A stretch of 64,000 bases of DNA from an uncultured Gemmatimonadales bacterium (GTDB taxonomy: Bacteria; Gemmatimonadota; Gemmatimonadetes; Gemmatimonadales; GWC2-71-9), in NCBI GenBank assembly GCA_963730185.1, contig CAVSQW010000012.1, positions 352,001 to 416,000 of the forward strand. The letters run 5' to 3'. A program made the translations under genes and the position numbers. The notes under the pieces were generated by a model that worked only from the letters and a program-made list of their open reading frames with translations, was not told where the DNA came from and searched no databases. Below are positions 8,855 through 18,213 of this stretch, piece by piece; the first letter of the stretch is position 1, and the number at the start of each line of letters is the position of its first letter.

Positions 8855-10216
8855 CTAACGAATGAGATACCACGCCTCCTGACGGGGGACGAAGAACTCC
8901 CAGCCCTGCTCGGTCAGGTAGGCGTCGTCCTCCATCATGACGAACACCTTCCGGCCGTTCCATTCGGGTACCGCCGTGGCGGTATTGAGCTCGATCGAAA
9001 TGTACGACCCCAGCCGGAGCGGCTTGGCCTCGCGGCCCGACGCCGCGCCGTACGCGATCCCGGCTCCGAGCCCATGGCCCTGGTTGCCGATCGGGTGGGA
9101 GTAGATCTGCGCCTCGGTGCCCCGGGACGCCATCGCCGCCATGGCGCAGTCGTACACCGCGGTGTTGAGGGCGCCCGGGCGGGAGCAGGTCCGCATCACC
9201 GCATCCTGGAGCGCGTTGGTGTTGGCCATCGCTCGCACCAGCCCGGCTGGGACGTCGCTCTCTCCCTCCCGAAGCACGTAGGCCATCTTCTGCCAGTCGG
9301 TGTTGAACCCCATCGCGGTAATGCCCATGTCGACGTGGAGCACGTCGCCCCGCTCGATCACCGTGCCCTCGCGGGCGGGGCCAGGCGCGGTGGGGGTGGC
9401 GGCGTGCTTCCCGATCTCGACCGACCCGCCGGCCACCCGCTGCACCCGAAGATCCGGCTGGAACCAGGTGGTGGCGCCCTGCCGCTGGTACTCGTCGAAG
9501 AGCCACCGCCGGACGTCGCCGACGGTGGTCGTGCCGGGCGTAATCACTTCGTTCGAGAAGGCTCGGCCGGCGATCCGGTCGGTGATCTCGACCATCGTCC
9601 GGTAGCTCTCGAGCTCCTCCGGAATCCGGGTGTCGAGGTACTCCTCGATCAGGTCGGTGGCCGGCACGAACCGCCGGGCCACCTCGGGGCCGAGCCACCG
9701 GCGGAGCTCCTGGTAGGTGGCGTGAGTGAGGCCCCGGGTTACCCCCCGTGAGCCGGCCATCGCCAGCCCGATCGTCTTGGGCCGGTACCGCGCCACCAGC
9801 TCCGCCAGCATTTTGTCGGGACGTCGCCCGTCGGGCATCGCCTGGAAGAACCGGGCGAGGTTCTCCTCCGGATACCCGGTGATCGAGTACCGGGCCAACC
9901 CCTCCGCGCCCGCGTCCACGAAGACGAAGAAGTCCCGATTCCCCGCGTAGGGCCGGGGCGGCGCCACCAGCTGGGTCAGCGGGTCGTCGTGGAACTCCTC
10001 GTTGATCACGATCCACATCGCGATCCCGTGCCGCCGCATCATCGGGAGGAGGAGCTGGTGATGCTTCGCCAGCCATCCCTCGCGGATGGCCAGCTGGGCC
10101 GACCAGCTGGGCAGGTGCGGCCCGGCCTCAGTCGACTGCGCGGGGGCCGGCGCCGGCCTCGCCACCAGGCCGGCAAGGAGCGCCAGGGCGAGCCGGACCG
10201 GGAACCGGCGGCTCAT
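8855..10216 (-). CDS. Secreted M24 family (Xaa-Pro) metallopeptidase
   Basis: GDVLHVDMG..FNTDWQ, YSHPIG, SIELN, MEDD metal ligands; signal peptide; ATGA overlap. Confidence 0.88.
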   Translation of the reverse strand: MSRRFPVRLALALLAGLVARPAPAPAQSTEAGPHLPSWSAQLAIREGWLAKHHQLLLPMMRRHGIAMWIVINEEFHDDPLTQLVAPPRPYAGNRDFFVFVDAGAEGLARYSITGYPEENLARFFQAMPDGRRPDKMLAELVARYRPKTIGLAMAGSRGVTRGLTHATYQELRRWLGPEVARRFVPATDLIEEYLDTRIPEELESYRTMVEITDRIAGRAFSNEVITPGTTTVGDVRRWLFDEYQRQGATTWFQPDLRVQRVAGGSVEIGKHAATPTAPGPAREGTVIERGDVLHVDMGITAMGFNTDWQKMAYVLREGESDVPAGLVRAMANTNALQDAVMRTCSRPGALNTAVYDCAMAAMASRGTEAQIYSHPIGNQGHGLGAGIAYGAASGREAKPLRLGSYISIELNTATAVPEWNGRKVFVMMEDDAYLTEQGWEFFVPRQEAWYLIR

Positions 10217-12459
10217 GGCGTCTTCATCCCCGTTTTGGTGCTGTCGTCCAGGGTGCTCAGCATCTCCTTCCACGAGAACCAGTCCGGCTTGCCCCGAATC
10301 CACTTCTGGAACCAGTCGAACTCCACGATCGCCTTGGTCAGTTGGTTCCGGGGGTCGGGAATGCCGTGGGTGCTCCCCGGATACACGAAGAACTCGGTCG
10401 GCACCCCCAGCTTCTTGAGCGCCATGTGGAGCTCTTCGCTCTGAGGCCGGGGCACCCGCGGATCGCCCTCGACGACGTGGATCAGGGTCGGGGTGTGGGC
10501 GTTCTTGATGTACTTGAGTGGCGAAACCTGCCAGTACGCGTCGAAGTCGTCGTAGGGCAGCTTCCCGCCCATGTACCACTGGCGGTTCCGCTGGACGTCG
10601 CTCTGAGCGTACATCGAGATCCAGTTCATCGTCCCCGCCCCGCTCGAGATCGCCTTGAACCGATCGGTGTGGGTCAGGATCCAATCCGAATAGTGCCCGC
10701 CCGCGCTCCACCCCATCGCCCCCATGCTGTCGGCCGCGACCAGACCCTGGGCGATCAGGTTGTCGACCCCCAGCATGATGTCGGAGAAGCCCTTCTCGAA
10801 ATACTTGCCGACCCCGGCCGTCTCCATCCGGTGCCGCTCGCCGTAGTTGGAGGACCCGCGGTAGTTCGGCATCAGCACCAGGTACCCGGCGCCGGCGTAG
10901 ACCTGCGAGCCGTATCCGGGATCGAAGCGGAGCAGATCGGCGCCGGCCGGCCCGCCGTGGATCTGGACGATCAGCGGATAACGCCGTCCCGCCGTAAAGC
11001 CCACCGGCTTGAGCAGCACCCCGCCGATCGTCTTCCCATCCTTGCCCTTCCAGGTGATCTCCTCTTCCTGGCCCAGGGCGAAGCCCGCCACCTGGGGGTT
11101 CGCGTCGGTCAGCTGGGTCCAGGTCGACCGGTTGGCGAGATCACCCTCGGTGCGAGCCAGGTAGAGATTGGCCGGCGAGGTCGCTTGATCGAGCGTCACC
11201 AGGATGAGCCCGGTGTCGTCGTCACGGGTCGCGAAGAGCGCGGCCGGCAGGTTGGTCGCCTGGGTCACCGCTCCCGAGGCCACGTCGAGCGCGAAGACCT
11301 GGTTGGTGACCCGGAGCCCTTCGTTGAAGTAGATCGTCCGGCCGTCCTTCGACCACCAACCGACCGTCACGTCCCCGTCGAAATCCGCCCCCAGCTTCCG
11401 CCACTGTCCGCCGGCATCCGCGGTGGCGCGGACGTACACCTTCTGGTCCCGCATGTAGGTGAAGTCGTTCGAGGCCGAGAACGCGATGGAGGCCCCGTCC
11501 GGCGAGAACCGGAGCGGGCTCTCGCCAATCTCGGCGTTGTTGGTCAGCCGCTCGATCCGGCCCGACGCGACGTCGAGGAGGTAGAGGTCGTGATAGATCC
11601 CCGCCTCGGTGACCGTCCTCTTGTAGCGGTCGTTGGGCGTCCCGGCAAATCCCACCATCCGGCCGTCGTCGGACAACGTTACGTTGCCGACGCTCAGATC
11701 CGACCCGCTGGTCAACCGCCGTTCCTGCTTGGCGTCCAGCTCCATCGTCCAAAGGTGCTCCACCGGCTCCTCGGGGTTCCGGATCCGGACGGTGAACTTT
11801 TTCTCGACCCGAAGCCGGTTGTCCGCCTCGACCGTGTCGGGCGCGGTGAAGAAGAGCCGGGTGCCGTCCTTGGTCAGCGTCCACCAGGCGATCGGGGTGG
11901 CGTGCTTGGTCACCTGGATCGGCTTGGCGTCGCCTTCCAAGAGTCCGGCTACCGGAAGGGCCCAGAGCTGACGGTCCTCCGCCTTGCCGGCCCCGTACAC
12001 CAGCCAGCGACCGTCCCGGCTCAGCTCGAAGCGGCCGACCCCGTCCTTCGCGTCGGTGACCCGCCGCGCTTCGCCTCCATCCGGCCGCATCACGTAGAGC
12101 TGATCGGGCGCCTTGGCGCCGGAGCCGTCGCGGTCCGACGAGAACACGAAGAACCGGCCGTCCCGCGACCAGCGCGGGTCGTTCTCGCTCTTGGCAGGGG
12201 TAAACGTCAGCTGCCGGGCCGACGAGACGCCGCCCGACGTCGACACCAACCAGATGTCCGTATCCCGCCGCGCCGCCTGCCAGTCGGGGACCGACAGGGT
12301 GTACAGCATCCAGCGCCCGTCGGGGCTCAGATCTGGTGACCCCGCCCGCTGAAGACGCTGGAGGTCGAGGAACGTCATCGGGCGCTGCTGCGCCACGGCC
12401 GCGTGCCTGGGGACGATCGCGCCGGCGATCGCGGCAGCGAGGAAAACCGCACGGGTCAT
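10213..12459 (-). CDS. Secreted S9 family peptidase with beta-propeller
   Basis: SPDG/SRDG propeller repeats; IHGGP, NYRGS, GWSAGG, DPRVP, THG. Confidence 0.93.
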   Translation of the reverse strand: MTRAVFLAAAIAGAIVPRHAAVAQQRPMTFLDLQRLQRAGSPDLSPDGRWMLYTLSVPDWQAARRDTDIWLVSTSGGVSSARQLTFTPAKSENDPRWSRDGRFFVFSSDRDGSGAKAPDQLYVMRPDGGEARRVTDAKDGVGRFELSRDGRWLVYGAGKAEDRQLWALPVAGLLEGDAKPIQVTKHATPIAWWTLTKDGTRLFFTAPDTVEADNRLRVEKKFTVRIRNPEEPVEHLWTMELDAKQERRLTSGSDLSVGNVTLSDDGRMVGFAGTPNDRYKRTVTEAGIYHDLYLLDVASGRIERLTNNAEIGESPLRFSPDGASIAFSASNDFTYMRDQKVYVRATADAGGQWRKLGADFDGDVTVGWWSKDGRTIYFNEGLRVTNQVFALDVASGAVTQATNLPAALFATRDDDTGLILVTLDQATSPANLYLARTEGDLANRSTWTQLTDANPQVAGFALGQEEEITWKGKDGKTIGGVLLKPVGFTAGRRYPLIVQIHGGPAGADLLRFDPGYGSQVYAGAGYLVLMPNYRGSSNYGERHRMETAGVGKYFEKGFSDIMLGVDNLIAQGLVAADSMGAMGWSAGGHYSDWILTHTDRFKAISSGAGTMNWISMYAQSDVQRNRQWYMGGKLPYDDFDAYWQVSPLKYIKNAHTPTLIHVVEGDPRVPRPQSEELHMALKKLGVPTEFFVYPGSTHGIPDPRNQLTKAIVEFDWFQKWIRGKPDWFSWKEMLSTLDDSTKTGMKTP

Positions 12460-12844
12460 GCTCGGCTCCGAGGCGAAAGGGCATTCATGAATTGTTAGGC
12501 GGCTGAAATCGGCGCGGAGCGCCTGTCATGAATCTAGCCGCTCCCTGGCCCCACGCCATTCGGGGTTGCAAACTGCTCGGCCCCGTCGCCGGCGCCCGGG
12601 TGCAACTGCCAGCACGCCGGAACGACCTCGATCCCAAGGGGTCAACTCTCGGTCCTCGTTGCTGGGTCGATCCGTTGCACAGGATTCGCCGGATTGTCCC
12701 GATTCGTTACACCGGCTTCGGATCTTCTGCAGCCTGTGTGTGTTACCACGTCGGTGCACGTCAATAGCGCGATCCTTGCTACAGGACAACTACGGAGTTT
12801 CGCTCGATTCCAGATTCCCGTGAACGGAGCATGAACACCGACCG

Positions 12845-15709
12845 ATGGTGACCTCCCCGCCGCGGGCACCGGCCCGCTCAGGCCACCCCAGCCGCTCGTT
12901 CCGAGCGGTCTGGCGCCGACTGGCGCTGGTCGCGGCGTTCGGATCCGCTCCGCTTGGGTTGGCTGCGGCGCAGCAGCAGATCACCCAGGCCGATCCCAAC
13001 CCCCACGGCAAGCTCAATACCCCGTGCGCCACCTGTCACACGGCGGACGGGTGGAAGCCGGCCCGGATCGACCGGACTTTCGATCACGGAAAGACCGGCT
13101 TTCCGCTGGTGGAGTCGCACGCGGCCGTCGCCTGCACCAGCTGCCACACCTCGCTCGAGTTCTCCAATGCCCCGATCGCCTGCGCTTCCTGTCACCAGGA
13201 CGTGCACCAGGGCGAGTTCGGGACCACCTGCGACCAGTGCCACAACGCCCGGGCGTTCAACGACCGGACCGCGATGGCGCAGAACCACGCGCTCACCCGC
13301 TTTCCGCTCGATGGTGCCCACCGTGACGTCGACTGTCGGAGTTGTCATGCCTCGTCCGGCGGGGGCACGTTGGCTTTCAAGGGCGCGCCGACTCAATGCG
13401 TCGGGTGCCACCAGGCCGACTATGCCCGCACTACCACGCCGCCGCACAAGGCGTCGGGGTTCCCGACGGATTGCACTACCTGTCACACCAACCTGACGTG
13501 GCAGGGAAGCGGCTTCGATCACAACACAACCCAGTTCCCGCTCACCGGCGCGCACCAGGCGGCCGTGTGCCAGGACTGCCACCAGGACGGCATCTACAAG
13601 GGCAAGTCGACCACCTGCGTCAGCTGCCACCAGACCAACTACGACCAGACCGCGACCCCGCCCCACAAGAGCGCGGGATTCGCAACCGACTGCGTCACCT
13701 GCCACACCACCGTCACCTGGCAGGGGGCACAGTTCGACCACAACACCACCCAGTTCCCGCTCACCGGCGGGCACCAGGCCGCCGCCTGTCAGGACTGCCA
13801 CAGGAACGGCGTCTACAAAGGCCTGGCCGCCACTTGCGTGAGCTGCCACCAGACCGACTTCGACAAGACCACCAACCCGAACCACCGGTCGGCCAGCTTT
13901 CCGACCGATTGCACCACCTGCCACACCACCATCACCTGGCAGGGCGCGACGTTCGACCACAACACCACCCAGTTCCCGCTGACCGGGGCCCACCAGGCCA
14001 CGGCCTGTCAGGACTGCCACAAGAACGGGGTCTACAAGGGGCTGGCCACTACCTGCGTGAGCTGCCACCAGACCGACTACAACACCACCACCACGCCCAA
14101 TCACCAGTCGGCCGGGTTCCCGACCGACTGCACCACCTGCCACACCACCGTCACCTGGCAGGGGGCACAGTTCGACCACAACACCACCCAGTTCCCGCTG
14201 ACCGGGGCCCACCAGGCCACGGCCTGCCAGGACTGCCACAAGAACGGGGTCTACCAGGGGCTGGCCGCCACCTGCGTGAGCTGCCACCAGACCGATTTCA
14301 ACACCACCACCAACCCGAACCACCAATCGGCCGGGTTCCCGACCGACTGCGTCACCTGCCACACCACCGTCACTTGGCAGGGAGCACAGTTCGATCACAA
14401 CAGCACCCAGTTCCCGCTAACCGGGGCCCACCAGGCCACGGCCTGTCAGGACTGCCACAAGAACGGGGTCTACAAGGGGCTGGCCACCACCTGCGTGAGC
14501 TGCCACCAGACCGACTACAACACCACCACCAACCCGAACCACCAGTCGGCCGGGTTCCCGACCGACTGCGTCACCTGCCACACCACCGTCACTTGGCAGG
14601 GAGCACAGTTCGATCACAACACCACCCAGTTCCCGCTGACCGGGGCCCACCAGGCCACGGCCTGTCAGGACTGCCACAAGAACGGGGTCTACAAGGGGCT
14701 GGCCACTACCTGCGTGAGCTGCCACCAGACCGACTACAACACCACCACCACGCCCAATCACCAGTCGGCCGGCTTCCCGACCGACTGCACCACCTGCCAC
14801 ACCACCGTCACCTGGCAGGGGGCCGCGTTCGATCACAACAGCACCCAGTTCCCGCTAACCGGGGCCCACCAGGCCACGGCCTGTCAGGACTGCCACAAGA
14901 ACGGGGTCTACAAGGGGCTGGCCACCACCTGCGTGAGCTGCCACCAGACCGACTACAACACCACCACCAACCCGAACCACCAGTCGGCCGGCTTCCCGAC
15001 CGACTGCACCACCTGCCACACCACGGTCACCTGGGTCGGGGCGCAGTTCGATCACAACAGCACCCAGTTCCCGCTGACCGGGGCCCACCAGGCCACGGCC
15101 TGTCAGGACTGCCACAAGAACGGGGTCTACAAGGGGCTGGCCACCACCTGCGTGAGCTGCCACCAGACCGACTACAACACCACCACCAACCCGAACCACC
15201 AGTCGGCCGGCTTCCCGACCGACTGCACCACCTGCCACACCACGGTCACCTGGCAGGGGGCCTCGTTCGATCACAGCACCACCGCGTTCCCGCTCACCGG
15301 CGTGCACACCACGACGCCGTGCCAGGACTGCCACACGAACGGGATCTACAAGGGGCTGCCGAGCACCTGTGTGAGCTGCCACCAGACCGACTACAACAAC
15401 ACCACCAACCCGAACCACACCGCGGCCGGGTTCCCGACGGACTGCGTCTCGTGTCACACGACCTCGACCTGGCTGGGCGCGCAATTCGACCACGACGGCC
15501 AGTACTTCCCGATCTACTCGGGCAAGCATCGGGGGCAGTGGAACGCGTGCTCCGATTGTCACCAGAACTCGTCGTCGTACGCCGTGTTCACCTGTCTCAC
15601 CTGTCACGAGCACAGCAAGTCGCGGATGGACAGCGAGCATCAAGGACGGTCAGGCTACGTCTACGACAGCCAGGCGTGCTACAGCTGCCATCCGAGAGGG
15701 CGGTCGTGA
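12845..15709 (+). CDS. Giant multiheme c-type cytochrome, 37 CxxCH motifs, triheme repeats
   Basis: Counted 37 CxxCH in 954 aa; Sec-type signal ending LAAA-Q; repeats FDH..FPL.G.H..CxxCH..CxxCH..H..CxxCH. Confidence 0.95.
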   Translation: MVTSPPRAPARSGHPSRSFRAVWRRLALVAAFGSAPLGLAAAQQQITQADPNPHGKLNTPCATCHTADGWKPARIDRTFDHGKTGFPLVESHAAVACTSCHTSLEFSNAPIACASCHQDVHQGEFGTTCDQCHNARAFNDRTAMAQNHALTRFPLDGAHRDVDCRSCHASSGGGTLAFKGAPTQCVGCHQADYARTTTPPHKASGFPTDCTTCHTNLTWQGSGFDHNTTQFPLTGAHQAAVCQDCHQDGIYKGKSTTCVSCHQTNYDQTATPPHKSAGFATDCVTCHTTVTWQGAQFDHNTTQFPLTGGHQAAACQDCHRNGVYKGLAATCVSCHQTDFDKTTNPNHRSASFPTDCTTCHTTITWQGATFDHNTTQFPLTGAHQATACQDCHKNGVYKGLATTCVSCHQTDYNTTTTPNHQSAGFPTDCTTCHTTVTWQGAQFDHNTTQFPLTGAHQATACQDCHKNGVYQGLAATCVSCHQTDFNTTTNPNHQSAGFPTDCVTCHTTVTWQGAQFDHNSTQFPLTGAHQATACQDCHKNGVYKGLATTCVSCHQTDYNTTTNPNHQSAGFPTDCVTCHTTVTWQGAQFDHNTTQFPLTGAHQATACQDCHKNGVYKGLATTCVSCHQTDYNTTTTPNHQSAGFPTDCTTCHTTVTWQGAAFDHNSTQFPLTGAHQATACQDCHKNGVYKGLATTCVSCHQTDYNTTTNPNHQSAGFPTDCTTCHTTVTWVGAQFDHNSTQFPLTGAHQATACQDCHKNGVYKGLATTCVSCHQTDYNTTTNPNHQSAGFPTDCTTCHTTVTWQGASFDHSTTAFPLTGVHTTTPCQDCHTNGIYKGLPSTCVSCHQTDYNNTTNPNHTAAGFPTDCVSCHTTSTWLGAQFDHDGQYFPIYSGKHRGQWNACSDCHQNSSSYAVFTCLTCHEHSKSRMDSEHQGRSGYVYDSQACYSCHPRGRS
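13514..15484 (+). repeat. Intragenic tandem repeat, 9 x 219 bp (73 aa, 3 hemes each)
   Basis: FDH codons start at 13514, 13733, 13952, 14171, 14390, 14609, 14828, 15047, 15266; central units nearly identical in DNA. Confidence 0.95.
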
Positions 15710-17346
15710 GGCGGGCGATCGTCACCGGCCTGGTGCTCGCGGCCGTGACCAGCCACGCCGCGGCGCAAGGGAAGGACTCGCTCGCCGCAACCGGCGAGGC
15801 CAGGCCCGCGGCCGACACCGTGCCGGCGGGCCGCCCCGCCGGGCGCGCGGTGGTCACGGCCGTGACCCAGGGTCTGGTCTACGTGGACGCCGGCCGCAAC
15901 GCCGGGGTCCGGGTCGGGAGCGTGCTCCACGTGCCCCGTCTCGGCGATCGGGGCGTATACCGGGTCGCCTTCCTCTCGTCCAAGTCGGCGTCGGCCCGAG
16001 CCGACTCGACCTCGGGGCTGCCGGAAATCGGGGACACCGCGGTGTTCACTCCCGCGGCCGACGACGCGGTGGTCGCGGAACGCCGCTCGGTCGCGCGGGC
16101 CGGCGACGGCGCGCCAGCGACCTGGCGCCGCCACGAGCGAGGCCTCCGCGGCCGGATCGGCTTTCGCTATCTCGGCACCAGTGACAAGATCAGCGGCATC
16201 GCGCTCCGCCAGCCGGGTCTCGAGCTGCTGCTCAACGGGCCCGTCACCCCCGGCGCGCCGGTCGGACTCAACGTCGACATTCGGTCTCGGCGCACGGTGA
16301 TGTACCGGCCCGGCGAAGATGCGGCGACCCAGGCCCTGATGGGCGTCTACCAGGCCGCGGTCCGGTTTCAGGCGGCCCGCGGCCCAGTCCGGCTGGTCCT
16401 GGGCCGCCAGTACGCGCCGACCCTCGCCGGCGTAGGCCTCTTCGACGGCGCCCTGCTCGACCTCCAGCGACCCCGCTGGGGGGCCGGCATCATGGGCGGC
16501 CTCGCGCCGGAACCCGGCTCGCTCGGCCTCTCGTCGGAGATTCGCCAGGTGGGCGGGTACTTCCAGGGCCGGAGCTCCCTGACGGCGCCGGTCCGCTGGA
16601 GCCTCACGCTGGGCGGGATGGGCTCCTACGCCCAGGGGGAGCTGAATCGAGAGTTCGGGTTCTTCCAAGGCACGCTCAGCTCGCGCGTGGTGACGGCCGT
16701 CCTCCTCCAGGAACTCGACCTCAACCGGGGCTGGAAGCTGGCCGCCGGCGAACCGCGGCTCGCCCTCACCAGCACCTTCTTTTCGCTCAACCTGACCCCC
16801 ACCCGCTGGTTCGCGATCAACGGCGGGGTCGACAACCGCCGCAACGTCCGCCTCTACCGCGATCTGGTCACGCCCGAAGAAGTGTTCGACGATCGGTTCC
16901 GCTTCGGCGTCTGGGGCGGTGCCAGCCTGACGATCGCCCGGAAGCTCCGGATCGGTGCCGACACCCGACGGAACTCGGTCCAGGGAGCCGATTCGCTCCA
17001 GACCACGGCCGTCAGCGCCACCCTCAACCTCGATCGGATCACGCCGCTGGGACTCGGGCTTCGCGCTCGGGCCACCCGCTACGAAACCCCGGGTCGCGGG
17101 CCCGGCTGGCTCTACGTCGGGGCGTTTCGAGTCGCTCCGGGGTCGTTCGGCGCGCTCGAGGCGACCGGTGGCAGCAGGCAGGAGATGCAGAGCCCGACCT
17201 CGGACCGGTTCTGGGCCGGCGTGAACGCGGAGGTCTTCGTCCGCCGCTCGTGGTTCGGGCTGTTTTCGTTCACCCGCGAATGGGGCCGAAGCGGCGCCAC
17301 GCCCACCACCGACCAGCTGTACGCCGGACTGAGCTACCGGTTCTAA
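15706..17346 (+). CDS. Outer-membrane beta-barrel, candidate porin of a porin-cytochrome conduit
   Basis: GTGA overlap with the cytochrome stop; signal ending HAAA-Q; alternating beta strands; ends QLYAGLSYRF; 546 aa. Confidence 0.82.
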   Translation: MRRAIVTGLVLAAVTSHAAAQGKDSLAATGEARPAADTVPAGRPAGRAVVTAVTQGLVYVDAGRNAGVRVGSVLHVPRLGDRGVYRVAFLSSKSASARADSTSGLPEIGDTAVFTPAADDAVVAERRSVARAGDGAPATWRRHERGLRGRIGFRYLGTSDKISGIALRQPGLELLLNGPVTPGAPVGLNVDIRSRRTVMYRPGEDAATQALMGVYQAAVRFQAARGPVRLVLGRQYAPTLAGVGLFDGALLDLQRPRWGAGIMGGLAPEPGSLGLSSEIRQVGGYFQGRSSLTAPVRWSLTLGGMGSYAQGELNREFGFFQGTLSSRVVTAVLLQELDLNRGWKLAAGEPRLALTSTFFSLNLTPTRWFAINGGVDNRRNVRLYRDLVTPEEVFDDRFRFGVWGGASLTIARKLRIGADTRRNSVQGADSLQTTAVSATLNLDRITPLGLGLRARATRYETPGRGPGWLYVGAFRVAPGSFGALEATGGSRQEMQSPTSDRFWAGVNAEVFVRRSWFGLFSFTREWGRSGATPTTDQLYAGLSYRF

Positions 17347-17360
17347 GTGGAGTTTCGTCG

Positions 17361-18200
17361 ATGACCAGCGCCAGCACCCCGACCCCGATTCCCGCTTCGC
17401 ACCGGACCACGGGCGTCCAGCGCCGAACCCGGCCGAGCCAGACGCACCTCACGGCTCACTGTCCGGAGTGCGGCACCCTCGCGACCGGCCGGTTCTGCTT
17501 CAGCTGCGGCGCCGCCGTGGGCGAGGAGACCTGTCCCAGTTGCCACGCCGCCTCGCGGCTCGGCAGTAAGTACTGCACCGGCTGCGGCGCGACCATGCAT
17601 CCCGGCGTCCGCGACCGGCTCCGCCAGTTCGCGCCCTGGCTGATCGGGGGCTCGATGTTCGCCGTGCTGCTCGTCGGGATCTTCCGGCCGCTCGGGCAGG
17701 CCGCCCCCGAGCCGCAGGGCCTCGGCGCGCCGCCCCATGCCGCCGCCACCTCGGCGCCGCCCGACCTCAGCACCATGTCACCCCGGGAGCGGTTCAACCG
17801 CCTCTACCAACGGGTCATCACCGCGGCCCAGTCCGGCGACCAGGCCACGGTCAAGCAGTTCACGCCCATGGCCGTGGCCGCATTCGGCCAGCTCGATCGA
17901 GTCGACCCGGACGCCCGATACCACCTGGCCATGCTCGAGCTCCACGTCGGCGACCTGAAAGGCGCCGACGCCCAGGCCGACTCGCTCCGGACGCTCGAAC
18001 CCCAACACCTCTTCGGCTACGTGATCGGGGCGGCCGTGGCGAGCTGGACCAAGGATGACGCCCGCCGGGCGACCATGTATCGAGCCTTCCTGACCCGGTA
18101 CGACACCGAGATGGCCACCAAGAAACCCGAGTATCTGGAGCACCAGGCCATGCTGGTCGAGGTCAAGCGCCAGGCCGACTCGATCCTCAAGACCCCCTGA
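17361..18200 (+). CDS. Double zinc-ribbon, single-TM protein with helical (TPR-like) C-terminal domain
   Basis: CPEC..CFSC..CPSC..CTGC, TM WLIGGSMFAVLLVGIF; GGAG RBS before ATG 17361. Confidence 0.75.
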   Translation: MTSASTPTPIPASHRTTGVQRRTRPSQTHLTAHCPECGTLATGRFCFSCGAAVGEETCPSCHAASRLGSKYCTGCGATMHPGVRDRLRQFAPWLIGGSMFAVLLVGIFRPLGQAAPEPQGLGAPPHAAATSAPPDLSTMSPRERFNRLYQRVITAAQSGDQATVKQFTPMAVAAFGQLDRVDPDARYHLAMLELHVGDLKGADAQADSLRTLEPQHLFGYVIGAAVASWTKDDARRATMYRAFLTRYDTEMATKKPEYLEHQAMLVEVKRQADSILKTP

Positions 18201-18213
18201 TTCCCAGGGCTCC

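Noticed and set aside
12765..12780. Sigma-54-like promoter (tagcgcgatccttgct) upstream of the 37-heme gene
   Set aside because: Lacks the near-invariant GG at -24
13514..15484. Possible CRISPR array
   Set aside because: Contiguous 219-bp in-frame coding repeats with no unique spacers and no cas genes
13342..15705. N-terminal ~790 aa of the 1334-aa ORF (His/Pro/Arg-rich repeats)
   Set aside because: Alternative-frame shadow of the cytochrome repeats; the real barrel gene starts at GTG 15706 with a signal peptide
17531..17546. CPSCH as a heme-binding motif
   Set aside because: Part of a four-CxxC zinc ribbon located before the TM helix, probably cytoplasmic
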